DNA from: Lytechinus variegatus
Taxonomy: Eukaryota
Reading direction: 5' to 3'
DNA: 64,000 nucleotides
NCBI RefSeq assembly: GCF_018143015.1
Contig: NC_054743.1
Span: forward strand, 35,339,243 to 35,403,242
Part shown: piece by piece, positions 25,028 through 37,686 of the stretch
Numbering within the stretch: the first letter of the stretch is position 1
Layout: the number at the start of each line of letters is the position of its first letter
Program-made: the position numbers and the translations under genes
Notes under the pieces: model-generated
The model's database searches: none
Seen by the model: the letters and a program-made list of their open reading frames with translations, nothing else
What the model was told of the DNA's origin: nothing

Positions 25028-25439
25028 CTGTGAAATAAAACACAACAATAACAGGCATTCAAAGAGCGCCACCTAGAAATATTATAGTCCGAGATGCACA
25101 AGAGAAAAGTAAGAATAAGAGAGTATGGATGAGTGTCTGGTGCCAAGAACTGACACTGTTTTAGCAAAGATAAGACTTCAGTTTAGATTTGAAAGTCTCT
25201 AATGATGATGTGATTTTTACATTTACACTGTAATAGTAAAATCATTCAAAAGAGAAGAAGCTGCGGCAAAGAAAGTGGCTCACAGTATTCTACTCATGTT
25301 TTAGGGGCCTTGAGAAGAAGCTAGTGTAATGATCTCAGACTACGATATATGATGTCATAGGGGTGTTGTGGTGTGGAGGAAGTACTTCCGGGCTTCTGAT
25401 TACAGAGTACTGGGTTCAATATTGAAGTGGCACTTTGGC

Positions 25440-25565
25440 AAAACAATGATCTACAATATTATTATTAATACCATTATTATCATTATTATTGTTATTATTA
25501 CTATTATTATTATGATCATAATTATTATCATTATTATTATTATTATTATTATTATTACTACTACT

Positions 25566-25621
<56 letters not shown>

Positions 25622-25654
25622 CATTATTATTATTACTATTACTATTACTATTAC

Positions 25655-25690
<36 letters not shown>

Positions 25691-25775
25691 CATCATTAAT
25701 GATACTATTATCATTATTATCATCATTATTATCATTATTACCATCATTATCATTTTCATTACTTTCATAATTATT
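25440..25775. repeat. compound (ATT)n/(ATC)n microsatellite of about 335 bp
   Basis: The low-complexity ORFs 25368..25835(+) and 25451..25768(-) are artefacts. Confidence 0.9.
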
Positions 25776-25801
25776 TTTAAATACTCAATGCTTCTTCATA
25801 C

Positions 25802-25986
25802 CTTCAAATATACTTCTGTGGAGTCTGGTAAATGATCGGTTGCTATGTCCAACGCTTGTTCATAATATTCTTCTGCCTTCAAGACTGAGAATGTGCTCTC
25901 CTTGTTGGCCTGTTCCAGTAGGTCCTCCACCTTCCTCATCGGATCCACCTTCATTAAAAGAGAAATGCCAGTAGTTGCAGTAAAAA
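25802..25986 (-). CDS. candidate PARP4 downstream exon (FTATTGISLLMKVDPMRKVEDLLEQANKESTFSVLKAEEYYEQALDIATDHLPDSTEVYLK)
   Basis: Acceptor ttctcatgaaatcag| and donor AAG|gtatga; one open frame. It starts in phase 1, so at least one undetected exon must lie between 27337 and 25986. About 100 bp of its upstream intron is homologous to the intron upstream of exon 29666-29892. Confidence 0.5.
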
Positions 25987-26320
25987 CTGATTTCATGAGA
26001 AACTCTGTAAAACGAGACTTCATTGTCAGTATATCATCGAGGATCTAGATCTGGTACAGCTACATAAACTGAACGTTGTAAAATCTTGAAATCTACGCTG
26101 AAAAAAAATTACACAATTTCTTCCAGAATCCTTTGGCACATATGTTTTATTTCTACAAACAGACACTTTGGTGGTCATTTCATTGGATTCTGTACGAACT
26201 CATTTTGATATCGTTACCACAACTGGCATTTACCTTTAAATACAAAATAGTTTCAAGTTGAATATTCAAGTTTCAAGTTTTTAAAAACACAGACATGAGT
26301 GAAAAAAATCAATGATCAGG

Positions 26321-26533
26321 AGGGGTGTATCACAAAGATCTAAGTACAACATAGAATCACACTTAAAAGCCAACGTGTACATGCATGCAACGCGCAATCT
26401 TATTGATCAATACGCAGTAGTATGCGTCATCTTGGCATGATCTGACCAATGCGGTCATGCCTTTCATACCACGCACAGCTACGCATTTAAGTGTGACTCT
26501 AAGTAATACTTAAATCTTTGTGAAACACCCCCC
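26321..26533. mobile_element. MITE family C (TIR ggggggtgtttcacaaagatttaagt)
   Basis: Termini: gggtgtatcacaaagatctaagt ... acttaaatctttgtgaaacacccccc. Other copies lie at 56300-56635 (5'-rearranged), 56636-56908 and 60733-60950. Confidence 0.7.
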
Positions 26534-27161
26534 AGATATGTTTCAGATTTTGGTTAAAAAATAATTAGTGATGAAGAGCTTCTCATGTCAACTGGCAGGC
26601 TATCAGATACACTGTAGTCTGGGGCAGCAAGGGTAAATGCATGATCGCCAAACATGGCTATTGGTTGCAAAAGGGAATCCGGGGAGCGTTTTATGAAGCT
26701 GAAAGGACTTGTCAGACGTTTTATCCGACAACTCCTGTTCTATCTGACTGTTGCCACCAGTAACTGTGGTCCTCAGCCAATCAAAATCATTCAAAATAAA
26801 AAGTTGTCAGATCTGACTTGTCGGAGAAATATGTTCATGAAACACGCCCCTGGAACAATAATTTATCCTCAGAACTGTGTAGCCTTTGCCCGTGTAATTG
26901 AGTTATGAATTTGAGTCATTGTATTAGGAGCTTTACCGATAAATGACTGAAAACAAGTAAAAAAAATAATAAATGAGATTCTTGCACACAATGGTTACAA
27001 ATGGAGATCTCTCAAATTGAAGTAGGACGGAAGTTCAGTCTTGCAATTGTTTAATGTTTTAGAGGGCAATGGTCTAGTTCTCTCCAAATAATACAATTTT
27101 ACTACTTCAATCTTTCACGGTTAATGTGTAATACAATTTATCTTTCAAGTTTGTGTTGTAT

Positions 27162-27303
27162 CAGGGGTCCGTTGCAGAAAGAGTTGCTTTTAAGTCAAAA
27201 AATCAATCGCAAGTCCTGAGGGCGTGCTGTTAATTGCTTGAAAATCAGGTTGCGCTTGATTTGTTGAGTTGCGATTGATTGCAACTCTTTCTGCAACAGG
27301 ACC
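27162..27303. mobile_element. MITE family D (TIR caggggtccgttgcagaaagagttgc), about 140 bp
   Basis: A perfect inverted repeat at both ends. A second copy lies at 42921-43071. Confidence 0.7.
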
Positions 27304-27336
27304 CAGATCACATAGTATGTGCAGGGCTTAAAGCGA

Positions 27337-27453
27337 ACAGACTTACATCTTCATCTGAATCTAATCTTACAGTCTTCTGCCAGTCCATGTAGGAGAGAAA
27401 GTCCACATCCTCTTTCTCAGCAAGCTTCACCAAACTCACCGATCTCCCCTTCA
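27337..27453 (-). CDS. PARP4: PARP4-like exon (GEDLKGRSVSLVKLAEKEDVDFLSYMDWQKTVRLDSDED)
   Basis: Acceptor ctttgtttatgttcag| and donor GAT|gtaagt, 117 nt, phase 0 to 0. It matches human PARP4 VSELIAKEDVDFLPYMSWQ. Confidence 0.65.
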
Positions 27454-29282
27454 AGTCCTCTCCCTGAACATAAACAAAGAAGCAAGTGGAAATCGATCAC
27501 AACAGAGATTTGGTACATGTATTCCCTTGTTTATATAATATCAGGGCCCTCATCTTACAAAGGGTTATGATTGATCCAATCAATCGTAACTCTATGGAAA
27601 TCCATCAATGTAATATTTTTTTTTCTACAGGAAATGTGCAAAATGTCCTTTGTAAACAAAGGAGAACACAACAAACTGTCAAGAAATTAATGAATGTATG
27701 GATAAACATTCATATCTAGAGAAAATTTATTTTTGAGCAAACATGCATTTTATATGTTGACTTTGCTGGCTTCCATAGTTGCAATTGATCGGATCAATCG
27801 CAACTCTATGAAAGACGGGCCCCAGAGCTGCCATCTTTGATATTCACATTTCAGGGAGAATTTATCGAGGAAGGAGGGAGATCTTTCTGAATTACATGCA
27901 ATCCAATGAAACAAAGCAATGCATGAATCAGAAAGATGTTGATAATGTTGATAAGTTGAAAAGCCCTGATAACATGATTGATGTTTTATTGATTACAATT
28001 CACAACCCAAACCATCCTTAAACTTTAACCCAGGGCTCCAAGGAACCCTCATTCCTACACTTTTTACAGGTCCTAATTGTTCATGTTGGACCAGTAGATA
28101 TCCATTTATTTTTTACTGGCCCGAACCTAAAATTTACTAGTCCCCCCAAATAAAGAAAAACATAATAAAAGGCTTAAGTTTGTTTTGATGTCTTCTATAA
28201 TTTTTATTGCCCCTCTAAAAAAAACCCCATACACACAAACAGTAGACACGCACATCCATAACAATTCATGAGAGACATGTCTCAATTTTGGAGAACTGTT
28301 GTTTATAAAGATGCCAGCCATTTTTACAATTTACAAAAGAGGAGAAAATATCATTTGTAATAGTTGATATTATTTTTACTTGTCATATTGGACCAGTCAA
28401 TCTGGCTATTTTCTGAGAAGTTACTGGCCCGTCAGCAATTTTCACTAATCTTGGACCGTCGGACCAACGACAGTGTCACGCACTGTTTTAAAATTGTAAA
28501 ATTGAATGAATACAAATTAAGAAGACCTAGAATCTCAGTGCACCACACACTGAGGAATATAAAGTGTATCCTCCCAAAAGAGGAAACCGGGATTCCCCAC
28601 ATCTATTTTTATTTAAAGGAAAATTAATTAGGACATTTCATTTACATAATCATACAATCAAATTACTCCTCTACATTTTGTATGTGACAAACACTTTACG
28701 CATTAATGAGCAAGACGAGTTTGAAATTTTAATGTCAAAATCAGGTTGCACAGAAAAATTGGACAAAATTGGTTTGTGATTTGACAACCATGCTTATTTG
28801 ACAATTGGCTCATTAGTATTATTTTTTTTTTTCTTCTGTGTTGAATTTCTCTCACTGACCCTGAAAAAAGTGGATTCAGATTAGTATCTGCGCAAATCAT
28901 TTCTGATAGACCTCAATATTTATTATGTGTAATGTGCTATGCAAGGAATATTTGCTAAGCTGTTGGTCTCAACTAAAGATGAGATTCCACTCTTGTCAAA
29001 AGTATAACATTCATAGTAAAAACATGTTTAATTGTGAAATCTGTCTCTGAAAATGGGTTTCCTTTTTTGTGGGACGCACTCTATATCTGGCCACCAGTTT
29101 CTCCATGCCTTAATTGATTACTTTCAAATTTACCATGACAAAATTTCATATGTTTCAATGTGAAAACTCTCATTTCATATTCAGTGCTTCTACCCATTCT
29201 GTCACTTGAGATTACAGTTCGGCCTAATGCAAACACATTTCCGAATACCGATTTGAGATGATATTAGCGAGCCGTTAACTGC

Positions 29283-29565
29283 GGGCGCATCGTGATCTAG
29301 TGGTTCTGATTCTCGCCTTTCAAACAGAGGGTCGTGGGTTTGAATCCTAACCATGGCGTGTTTTCCTTCAACAAGAAATTTATCCGCACTGTGCTGCACT
29401 CGACCCAGGTGAGGTGAATGGGTACCCAGCAGGATTAATTCCTTGCATGCACTGAGAGGCGGAAATGGTAGCTTGAGCTAAAGCCAGGGTAACAAAAGCA
29501 GCGCTTTGTATCCTCAGGCAAAAAGCGCTTTATAAATACAGCTATTATTATCATTATTATCACAG
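29283..29565 (+). mobile_element. SINE family 1 copy
   Basis: Head gatctagtggttctgattctcgcctttcaaacagagggtcgtgggtttgaatcc, then the core and an (ATT)n tail. Confidence 0.8.
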
Positions 29566-29665
29566 AACAGTCTTAACAAATTTTATATCAAGGACTTCCA
29601 ACCTCACATTTTAATCTTATTGCAGATTCTATTGGAGGAAAAATGTAATGCTTCAAGAGTGTCAA

Positions 29666-29892
29666 TCTATTCACCTTCTCTCTCTTTTCAATGGCGACGA
29701 AACTGGTGAGTTGAGTGACGATGGAATACTTCTTGCTAAGATCGATGACATAAGACTTCTGCTGGTTCTTCCTTGCCTCATGGTGGGTCTTGTCAGGGTC
29801 TAAGGTGCCGTCCTCCCAGTCTCTGATCACTGCACGGGCCGTCAAACGATGTAACATCTGCACATCAACAGGTTTAATGAAAGTAGTTAACA
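29666..29892 (-). CDS. PARP4: PARP4-like exon, ITIH-type region (LTTFIKPVDVQMLHRLTARAVIRDWEDGTLDPDKTHHEARKNQQKSYVIDLSKKYSIVTQLTSFVAIEKREK)
   Basis: Acceptor gtgaaatcag| and donor AAG|gtgaat, phase 1 to 0. It matches human PARP4 MIHKLAARALIRDYEDGILHENETSHEMKKQTLKSLIIKLSKENSLITQFTSFVAVEKRDE. Confidence 0.75.
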
Positions 29893-30573
29893 CTGATTTC
29901 ACGAGAGAGCCATAAAACCAAGAATAGTCGTCACTGTATCATCGCAATTCTACACCTGGTACAGTTAAATAAACTGAACTTTGTGAAATCACAAAACCCA
30001 AGATGAACAAATGGAATGCCTGAGGTAGTCCTGCCTGCATTACGCGATTCAATATAGCAGTAGTGCTGACTTTGAAAACAACTAAGATGAATAATTATTC
30101 ACAAAAACATAATACATATGATAATAGAATAAGTTCATTTACCCTAAATAACCTTTGACCTTGACTGTGTGCCCTGAAACTCACGCAAAATGATCAGTCA
30201 TACATTGTACTTGATTTCCCTTATGTCAAAGCTTCATGAAATATGACAATATAAAGAAGTTATGATGACATTTCAAAAATTTGGTTCAAACTTCAATGTT
30301 GATATGCCCAACATGGTCAAAGTTCATGAACCTTAATTGACCATGAACATTAATTGACATTTGACCTTGATCATGTGACCAGAAACTCATGCAAGATGAT
30401 CAGTGAAACTTGATTACACTTTTGTCAATGAAATAGGTCCATTCGTAGGTAACATTTCAAAAACTAATCTAGATTAAGATTTTAATGTTGACAACGAGCA
30501 GCAATCAAATTTAACACCAAAATCAAACGCAACTTGACTTTCGACCAATCAGAAGTGGGTATTTTGGACCTAC

Positions 30574-30654
30574 CTGTCCTTTTGTGATGCAGAGCTCTGG
30601 TGTTGATACCATGGTGGACACCTCCTCTCCATCAATGCTAGCCTTCAAACAAGC
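30574..30654 (-). CDS. PARP4: PARP4-like small exon (ACLKASIDGEEVSTMVSTPELCITKGQ)
   Basis: Acceptor ttttttttccaag| and donor CAG|gtaggt, 81 nt, phase 0 to 0. It resembles human PARP4 ATLCALIQEKEFRTMVSTTELQKTTG. Confidence 0.55.
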
Positions 30655-32220
30655 CTTGGAAAAAAAAAATATTAATAATAATAACAAAGATGATGATGAT
30701 GATAATAATAATAATAATCATCATCATAATGATAATAATAATAATAACAATAATAATACTGTTCTCCCAGCAGACTTTGCTTAACATGACAATAACTATG
30801 GAGAGCCAGTTGTGACATAATTCCCTAATGGTTGAGGTTCAATGTACATGTACATGTATCCGCTCAGTTGACTCTCAGATCATTCTAAGTGTCTGGAAAT
30901 GATGAATAAGATACTTGTTTTCAGCATTAAAGAAATAGAAGAGAGCACAGTAAAAAAGCATCCAATGTAAACAAAATTTTGATGTATTTGTCTCAGTAAA
31001 ACCCGACTTCAGAATACAGGGCCCCCATCTTACCAAAAGACTGATCCAATCAACCTCAAATGTATAGAAGTCCATCAGTGTCATTATTTTCAACAGAAAC
31101 CAAGAGAAGCACCCTCACTTTGCAAGAAAGCAATGAATGTATGAATAAACAGCATATCGAGAGATTATTTTGAACAAACGTGCATTTTAGATGTTCACGT
31201 TGCTGGCTTTCCATAGTTGTGGTTGATGGGATCAATCGCAACTCTTTGTAATACAGAGCCCTGGGCCCCGTCTTAGTTATGATTGATCCGATCAATCGCA
31301 ACTACTGACGGCCAGCAGCATCAACATCTATCATGCATGTGTGTTCAAAATATTTTCTAGCTATGATGTATATTCATGCATTTATTGTTTTCTTGAAAAT
31401 TCACTGCACTTCTCTTACCATACAAAGGACAATGTGCAAATCTCCAGCAGAAAAAAATATGACACTGATGGAATTCCATAGATTTACGATTATTTGGATC
31501 AATTTTTTTTTCCTTTCATAGAAAGATTTTATTCAGAAATCAAACACGAAAGCAATTCACTTTACAAAAGAATCATGAAGCGAACATGTTTACAACAACA
31601 ACTGTACATGCATACTATTATCTAATGATATGACAAAATTATGATGTTTTTGACTGAGAACCCTTTCAATTTCACAATAGCATTTAAATACGCTCTTAAA
31701 AGAGCTAAAACACAACCGATTACCCTTACAACGTGTCGAAAAAATGAAATATTTAGCATAAAGAATATAACGGTTGACAGTAGAGTATTGAGCGTCAGGG
31801 CAACCAAACAAAAATAAATTCTTATTCAAATACACGTTATTGTTCAAATAAGAGGTTTGGAAGTTTTGAATAAATTGTTGAGTTTCAGGGTAGTCCCAAA
31901 ACAGATGTGAAATACTTTCAACAGAGGAAGAACAAAATGTACATAAATATCGTAAAGATGTTTGTTCACCCCCATTATCCGATTGAAAAGTTTATATTGA
32001 AAGTAGCGGAGTTTTGTAGAAAGACAGCATTTAAAGGGAATCATATACAATCTGTTCCAATTATTAACCGGTTCATTTAAAATGGATGCCCATTTTGATT
32101 GCGAAGTAGGGGACTTTAAGATTTTATCAACAGAAATTCTATGGATAAATTTGCATACTCTTTGGAAGACAGCCCCCAGGTCTAGGTCATTATTGCTGCT
32201 ATCATTATACATGTACATAC

Positions 32221-32391
32221 CTCCGTGCAGTACTGTACAAAGCCATACACAACCAGTCTGGAGCCATTAAAGAGTGATGTCAGCTGACGAGGGGCTTGGA
32301 CCGGAGTTGGCGGGTCATTATCATGCTGTTTCCACTGGACCTCAAGGGATGATACCGATGGCTGTTTGGCCTTGCTCAACTGAGCTTTCAC
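32221..32391 (-). CDS. PARP4: PARP4-like post-vWA exon (VKAQLSKAKQPSVSSLEVQWKQHDNDPPTPVQAPRQLTSLFNGSRLVVYGFVQYCTE)
   Basis: Acceptor actcctag| and donor GAG|gtatgt, 171 nt, phase 0 to 0. It matches human PARP4 SVSVKWQQLNPDVPEALQAPAQVPSLFLNDRLLVYGFIPHCTQ. Confidence 0.7.
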
Positions 32392-32699
32392 CTAGGAGTA
32401 TACCACATCCTATGAATTAATCTGATTATATCACATCTTATGCATTTATCTTTTGGTAATCTCAATAATCATATTAATCTTTATCAACTAGCACTCATCT
32501 ACACTGAAACATACAACCAAACCTTATCCATGAGTCTTTCTTTACTGCATACAAAAAATCTTATACTGGAAACTTCCCTAAGGAAGTGTATATGATCAAA
32601 AGATATACCTGAACCTTACCCTTCTGTATATACATGTAATCAAATCTCATTCCTGAAAATTCCCTTACTGTATGTGATCAAATTGTTTGCTAACTGCAT

Positions 32700-33250
32700 A
32701 TGACCTAATCTTTTACATGTACATGAGCCTTCCCTTAACGTATATGACCTAACCTTTATATATGTGAGGCTTCCCTTACTGTATATGACTTGAACTTATA
32801 TGTGAGCCTTCCCTTACTGTATATGATCTAACCTGATATGTGAGCCTTCCCTTACTGTATATGACCAAACTTTCTAGTGGATACTGTGTATGACCAAATC
32901 TATTACCACTATCTTACATGTACATGAGCATTGTATATACAAACCTTATACATGAGGCTTCCCTTACTGGACATGACCTAACCTTATATGTGAGCCTTCC
33001 CTTACTGTATATGACTTGAACTTATATGTGAGCCTTCCCTTACTGGATATGACTTGAACTTATATGTGAGCCTTCCCTTACTGTATATGACCAAACCTTA
33101 TATGTGAGCCTTCCCTTACTGTATATGACCGAACATTATATGTGAGTCTTGCCTTGCTGTATATGACCTAACATTATATGTGAGTCTTGCCTTACTATAT
33201 ATGACCTAACATTATATGTGAGTCTTGCCTTACTGTAGATGACCAAATCT
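32700..33250. repeat. minisatellite, about 41-bp unit x about 13 (tatatgtgagccttcccttactgtatatgacc.aac.t), in a PARP4 intron
   Basis: Tandem periodicity by eye. Confidence 0.85.
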
Positions 33251-33779
33251 TACACCTGGGCCTACCATTAACTGGATTTTATTATTCATTTATTTATTGG
33301 TAAATGCACATATACTGACCAGCAGCAGGACTGAATGGGTCAATTGACAATATCAATACAAAGTTTAAAAAACCAAAACAAACAAATACAGTAAATATAA
33401 CTTTTTGCTTTGGTTTGGATTCACTATCCAATAAATAAAGTTGAACGCAAAAACTAAAAAAAATAGAAAAAAACTTTTTGCTTAATGATTTAATGTCATT
33501 AATAATTATGGAAATCAATTTACATGGAGATATATGCATTTCTTGAATAAAAAAAGAATATATAAGAGAAAGAAAAGTGAGGGAGCAGGGGGGATAGAAG
33601 TAGAAACGTATGTATTGCAGAATGAGAAACTTGGGACGGGGAAATATGGGGAGGTCAGAGACTAAAGAGTATTTGTATATGACCTTATGACTAAATCTTT
33701 AAGTGGTCGACCCTCACGCTTCTCATAATTATGAATGTTGGTGATGTATGTATTATGAAATGCACATATTGCAACATAC

Positions 33780-33879
33780 CTTGGATTCCCATTTTGATTT
33801 TGCATTGTTGTCGAAGAACTCAAAAGCACCACGCCCAACTCTTGCCATGCCCTTCAACAGATGCCGGTTCGAGCTGGAA
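33780..33879 (-). CDS. PARP4: vWA-domain exon (SSSSNRHLLKGMARVGRGAFEFFDNNAKSKWESK)
   Basis: Acceptor cccttctag| and donor AAG|gtatgt, phase 2 to 0. It matches human PARP4 STANRHVLRILSQCGAGVFEYFNAKSKHSWRKQ. Confidence 0.75.
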
Positions 33880-34157
33880 CTAGAAGGGGTAAGGTTAAAT
33901 TATAATTAATTACACAAACACAGATGACTTCATGTACTTGTCAAAGTACATATATAATGGATAAAATTAAAACTAAAATGACTTTTCCAGCAAAGAGTAC
34001 ATCGTGCACTTTACTGCTTTTGGTCTAATGCAATGTCAATTTTCACAATTTCCACTGGAGTGTAATTCCCAAAATGTTGTAGGTCATGTAATGTGTTTTG
34101 ACCAATCACGATGCTTGAACTAGTTCACCTCTTTTATTTAAACAATTTAATCATTAC

Positions 34158-34413
34158 CTGATACCAAACGTGAAGATACGCGAGTGTGTGTTTTGAGATA
34201 TAGCATCCAGAGTAGACTGCTCATTGTTGATATGACCATCGGACACCAGAAAGAGGTTCTGAAGTCCCTCGGATCGCAGCAGAAAGTAGGACTGCAGAGG
34301 GCGCCATGCATCGGTGTTGCCCTGCGTAGCACATGCCTGGTTGATGAACGACGTCGCAGCTTGGACGGAGGACTCCGTCTTGGCTTGGCTGCCAGCGAAC
34401 AGCTCCTCAAAGC
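34158..34413 (-). CDS. PARP4: vWA-domain exon (FEELFAGSQAKTESSVQAATSFINQACATQGNTDAWRPLQSYFLLRSEGLQNLFLVSDGHINNEQSTLDAISQNTHSRIFTFGI)
   Basis: Acceptor gattacag| and donor CAG|gtaatg, phase 1 to 2. vWA motifs (GNTD..., LVSDGH, FxFGIG). It matches human PARP4 KELFSYPK...TMGNTDFWKTLRYLSLLYPARGSRNILLVSDGHLQDESLTLQLVKRSRPHTRLFACGIG. Confidence 0.85.
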
Positions 34414-34942
34414 CTGTAATCGAATGAGACATCCATGTACACTCTGATTTTGGACACAATGTTTGTGTGAAAGACTCAAACTGCCCCCCCCCCCCCAAAA
34501 AAAAAAGTACAAAAATATTGCTGATGTGATAGCCAGGTTGATGAGAAATGAAGAAAATAATTTATTATTGCACACAATGTTTCACACTGCTATTTAATTA
34601 AAAAATAGAATAAATAGATAAAAAGTTGAATAAATGAATACAGACTGGAAAATGTTCTTGGGTAATAAAATAGTTACATACAGATATCACAAGGCACAAA
34701 AAAGGGTCATCAGTTGTGCGTAAAGTCATTCGTATCTTACAAACAGCTTTATGAAACACCCACCTGGTGGGTGTTTCATAAAGCTGTTTGTAACTTAAGA
34801 GCGACTGTACGACCAACTGGTGACCAACTCTCAGGAACCATATCGACGCTAATGGAAATCTGGTGTACATCTTTTACCACAAGGATCACCAGTCGTTTGT
34901 AAAGTCGCTCGTAACTACACGAACAGCTTAACAATACACCTA

Positions 34943-35130
34943 CCTGTTCCAAAGGTGACAACATTGAAGATGCAGTCATCAGCCATGTGATGCAAGGTGA
35001 GGAGGAGGATCTTCTTGGCTTGCTTGAGAGGTTCTCCTTTCATGGAATTGGAACAGTCTAGGAGTAAGACGATCTCGGGTTTCTCGACACTGCTGGCTTC
35101 AAAGTCAGGGTAGAAGGTCACCATGCAGGC
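34943..35130 (-). CDS. PARP4: vWA-domain exon with MIDAS motif (ACMVTFYPDFEASSVEKPEIVLLLDCSNSMKGEPLKQAKKILLLTLHHMADDCIFNVVTFGTG)
   Basis: Acceptor cctcttcag| and donor ACAG|gtaggt, phase 0 to 1. DxSxS MIDAS (LDCSNSM). It matches human PARP4 ACMLVFQPDL...VIICLDCSSSMEGVTFLQAKQIALHALSLV...NIIQFGTG. Confidence 0.85.
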
Positions 35131-35254
35131 CTGAAGAGGCACAGAATCAAGAGTATTGATTTTTTTTTATTTACATTGATTTACCTTAATAAAATGAATG
35201 AATATCCATATTTTATAGTTCAAAATAGACATGAAATGAAATACTCTGAAAAAT

Positions 35255-35450
35255 TGCTTCGCCCAATTGATCGTGGGCCCGGCAGCGCCAGATCGATGCG
35301 GCTCTATCCCTTTAATCGTTGAACGTCAAACAGGGTAGCAGCAACTCCCATCTTTTAACGTCTTTGGGTCTGACGTGGCCGGGGTTTGAACCCCTAACCC
35401 CCTGGTTGTGAGACGGACGCTCTACCAACTGAGCCAACACACCTTGAGGC
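35255..35450 (-). mobile_element. SINE family 2 copy
   Basis: Near-identical to 5470-5665. Confidence 0.8.
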
Positions 35451-35879
35451 ATAAAGTATAGAAAACTTATTTGCCCCTCTGCCTCTTCTTTGAACTTGTC
35501 CTCAGTTGAACTCAACAATTTTACAAAGTATGTGTGGGTTTGGACGAGTTATGAGAATTCTGTGTTTGGGTCGAAACGATTAAACTTGGTTTTCCAGGCC
35601 TTCACTATATTTGATTTGAATGCATTAATTTATACTGTTACTGTTTACAAGCTCAGAAGGCAAATCATGCCATAGGTTGATTACTCGTTGCGAGAAGTCC
35701 CGTAGCCTGATTGATCTTTTTAATATACAGTTAAAAAAACGATTTAGTTACATGACAAGAACGGAAGAAAACAATCTTCAAAAAATAATCTATGCCAGAA
35801 CTTTTTAATTTCATTGTCTTAATGTTTCTACAGTGCACTCCTTATGTAGCTTTGTATTATGAGTTATCACCTCCATTAT

Positions 35880-36830
35880 ATTGTAACTTTTATAATGCTT
35901 AACCATATCGAAATAATTATTGGATTAAATTGATTTAAAAATAAAGGCATGATATACCTGAACAAAAGCCAAAAAAGAGAAAGAATTCATCATAAGAAAT
36001 GTCAACCCCAAAATGCATCAAAAGTTAAAAACTTAATCAAACAAATTTCAACCTTGAGCAAACAGGATAATCAAACTTCAGGAATATAAACACTTAGAAA
36101 ATTTAAAGTTAAAGATTTGTAAGTCTTTAACTTCCATAATGCTTTAAGCTTTGGAAATGATTATTGGATGAAATTGAATTGAATATAAAAGCATGATATA
36201 TCTCAACATAAGCCCCAAAAAGATAAAGAATACAACAGGATCGTACGAAATGTCAACCCAAAAACACATCACAAATTAATCGAACAAATTTCAACCATAA
36301 ACATACAGGATAATCAAACTTCCTAGAAACACAAAATTAAAAGTTGAAAACTTGTACGTCTTTAACTTTCATAATGCTTTAAGCTTTGGAAATAATTATT
36401 GGATTAAATTGAATTGAATATAAAAGCATGATACACCTGAACACAAGCAAAAAAAAGAGAAAGAATACAACAGGATCGTATAAGATATGTCAACCCCAAA
36501 ACACATCAAAAGCTTACAAATTAATTCAACAAATTTCAACCATAAGCATACAGGATAATCAAACTTCCTAGAAACACTTACAAAATTTAAAATTAAAGAT
36601 TTGTAAGTCTTTAACTTTCATAATGCTTTAATTATTGGATTCAATTGATTTAAATATAGTATAAAGGCATGATATATCTCAACATAAGCCAAAAATGAGA
36701 AAGAATACAACAGGATCGTAAGAAATGTCAACCCCAAAACACATCAATCAAAAGTTCACAAATGAACCCGACAAATTTCAACCATAAGCATACAGGATAA
36801 TCAAACTTCCTAGAAACACTTTCAAATATC
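35880..36830. repeat. satellite, about 240-bp unit x 4
   Basis: The marker ataaaagcatgatata recurs at 35941, 36183, 36421 and 36660. Confidence 0.8.
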
Positions 36831-37545
36831 TAAAGGGGGAGTAAACTGGCCAACACTGCATGTGGCCTCTCATTGACATGCAGCTAGTCTTGAATTGAAA
36901 CTTTTTAGAATAACTATTATTGATACAGAGAGTAAATTAGCATATAATTTCTTTTGTATAGAGAAACTGAAAGGTTTTGAGGGGAAGAGTAACTGGTTTG
37001 GTTACTTGGTAACACAATAAGTGTGACATGAAAGCATTGAGTAGTGGATTGGTTGGCTATCATTCAAGAGGGTCTATATTATACGACTGCACAGGCTAGA
37101 AGGTTGCATTATCGGTTGGGAACCTGACCAGATTTTAGTAGTTGAGGACTTGAGGTGGTGGTTTACAAGGCTGGCTGGTTTGTTGACTTTAAATCCTCTC
37201 CAAAGCTTTGGAAGATGCTCAATTAATGTGAATATACTCAAGGATTTTCTAACTTTCCAATCTTACAAAACTATAGAATCCAGTTATACTTCATTAATTT
37301 GTTGATTCTTTGAGAAAAACTGAATTTCAGAGCCCTATCTTAGGTTTCATATTTCTTCTTTTTTTTATGTTTGTTAACATGTAACAGTGTAACAAATATA
37401 TTCAAGAAACAACAATATATTTAAACAAACAGATGAAGAAATACATTAAGAAAGTGTGTATTTTGGGGAAAAAATACATTCAACATATTTCTAACCAATC
37501 ATACTCATGTACATATCCTAAAGAAGATGAATTCAAATTGAATAC

Positions 37546-37686
37546 CTGACTGTCCTTGTTCTCTGGATGTTGCTCGACCCACATACGAGGACGATGGATA
37601 TCGGTTACACCAACTAACAACTGAAAACCTTCCCCAAGACTCTTACAGTCATCGGGTAGGGTTATGACAGCCTTGGTTGCAGTTTG
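37546..37686 (-). CDS. PARP4: PARP4-like exon between VIT and vWA (QTATKAVITLPDDCKSLGEGFQLLVGVTDIHRPRMWVEQHPENKDSQ)
   Basis: Acceptor ttcttacag| and donor CAG|gtattc, 141 nt, phase 0 to 0. It matches human PARP4 ...GFSLHIGLSAAYLPRMWVEKHPEKESE. Confidence 0.65.

Noticed and set aside
26603-26794. Minus-strand ORF (63 aa) as the missing exon between 27337 and 25986
   Set aside because: No acceptable acceptor or donor pair could be found around it. It contains CCAAT-like repeat sequence.
30120-30400. Exon-like segments with tgaccttga repeats
   Set aside because: A stop is created at the only plausible donor, and the sequence recurs as a local repeat (30150, 30290, 30340). It is treated as an intronic repeat.
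34184-34447. Plus-strand ORFs overlapping PARP4 exons (34184..34447, 41331..41576, 21619..21843, 19963..20598 and others)
   Set aside because: They are antisense or alternate-frame shadows of the well-supported minus-strand exons and have no independent splice or homology support.
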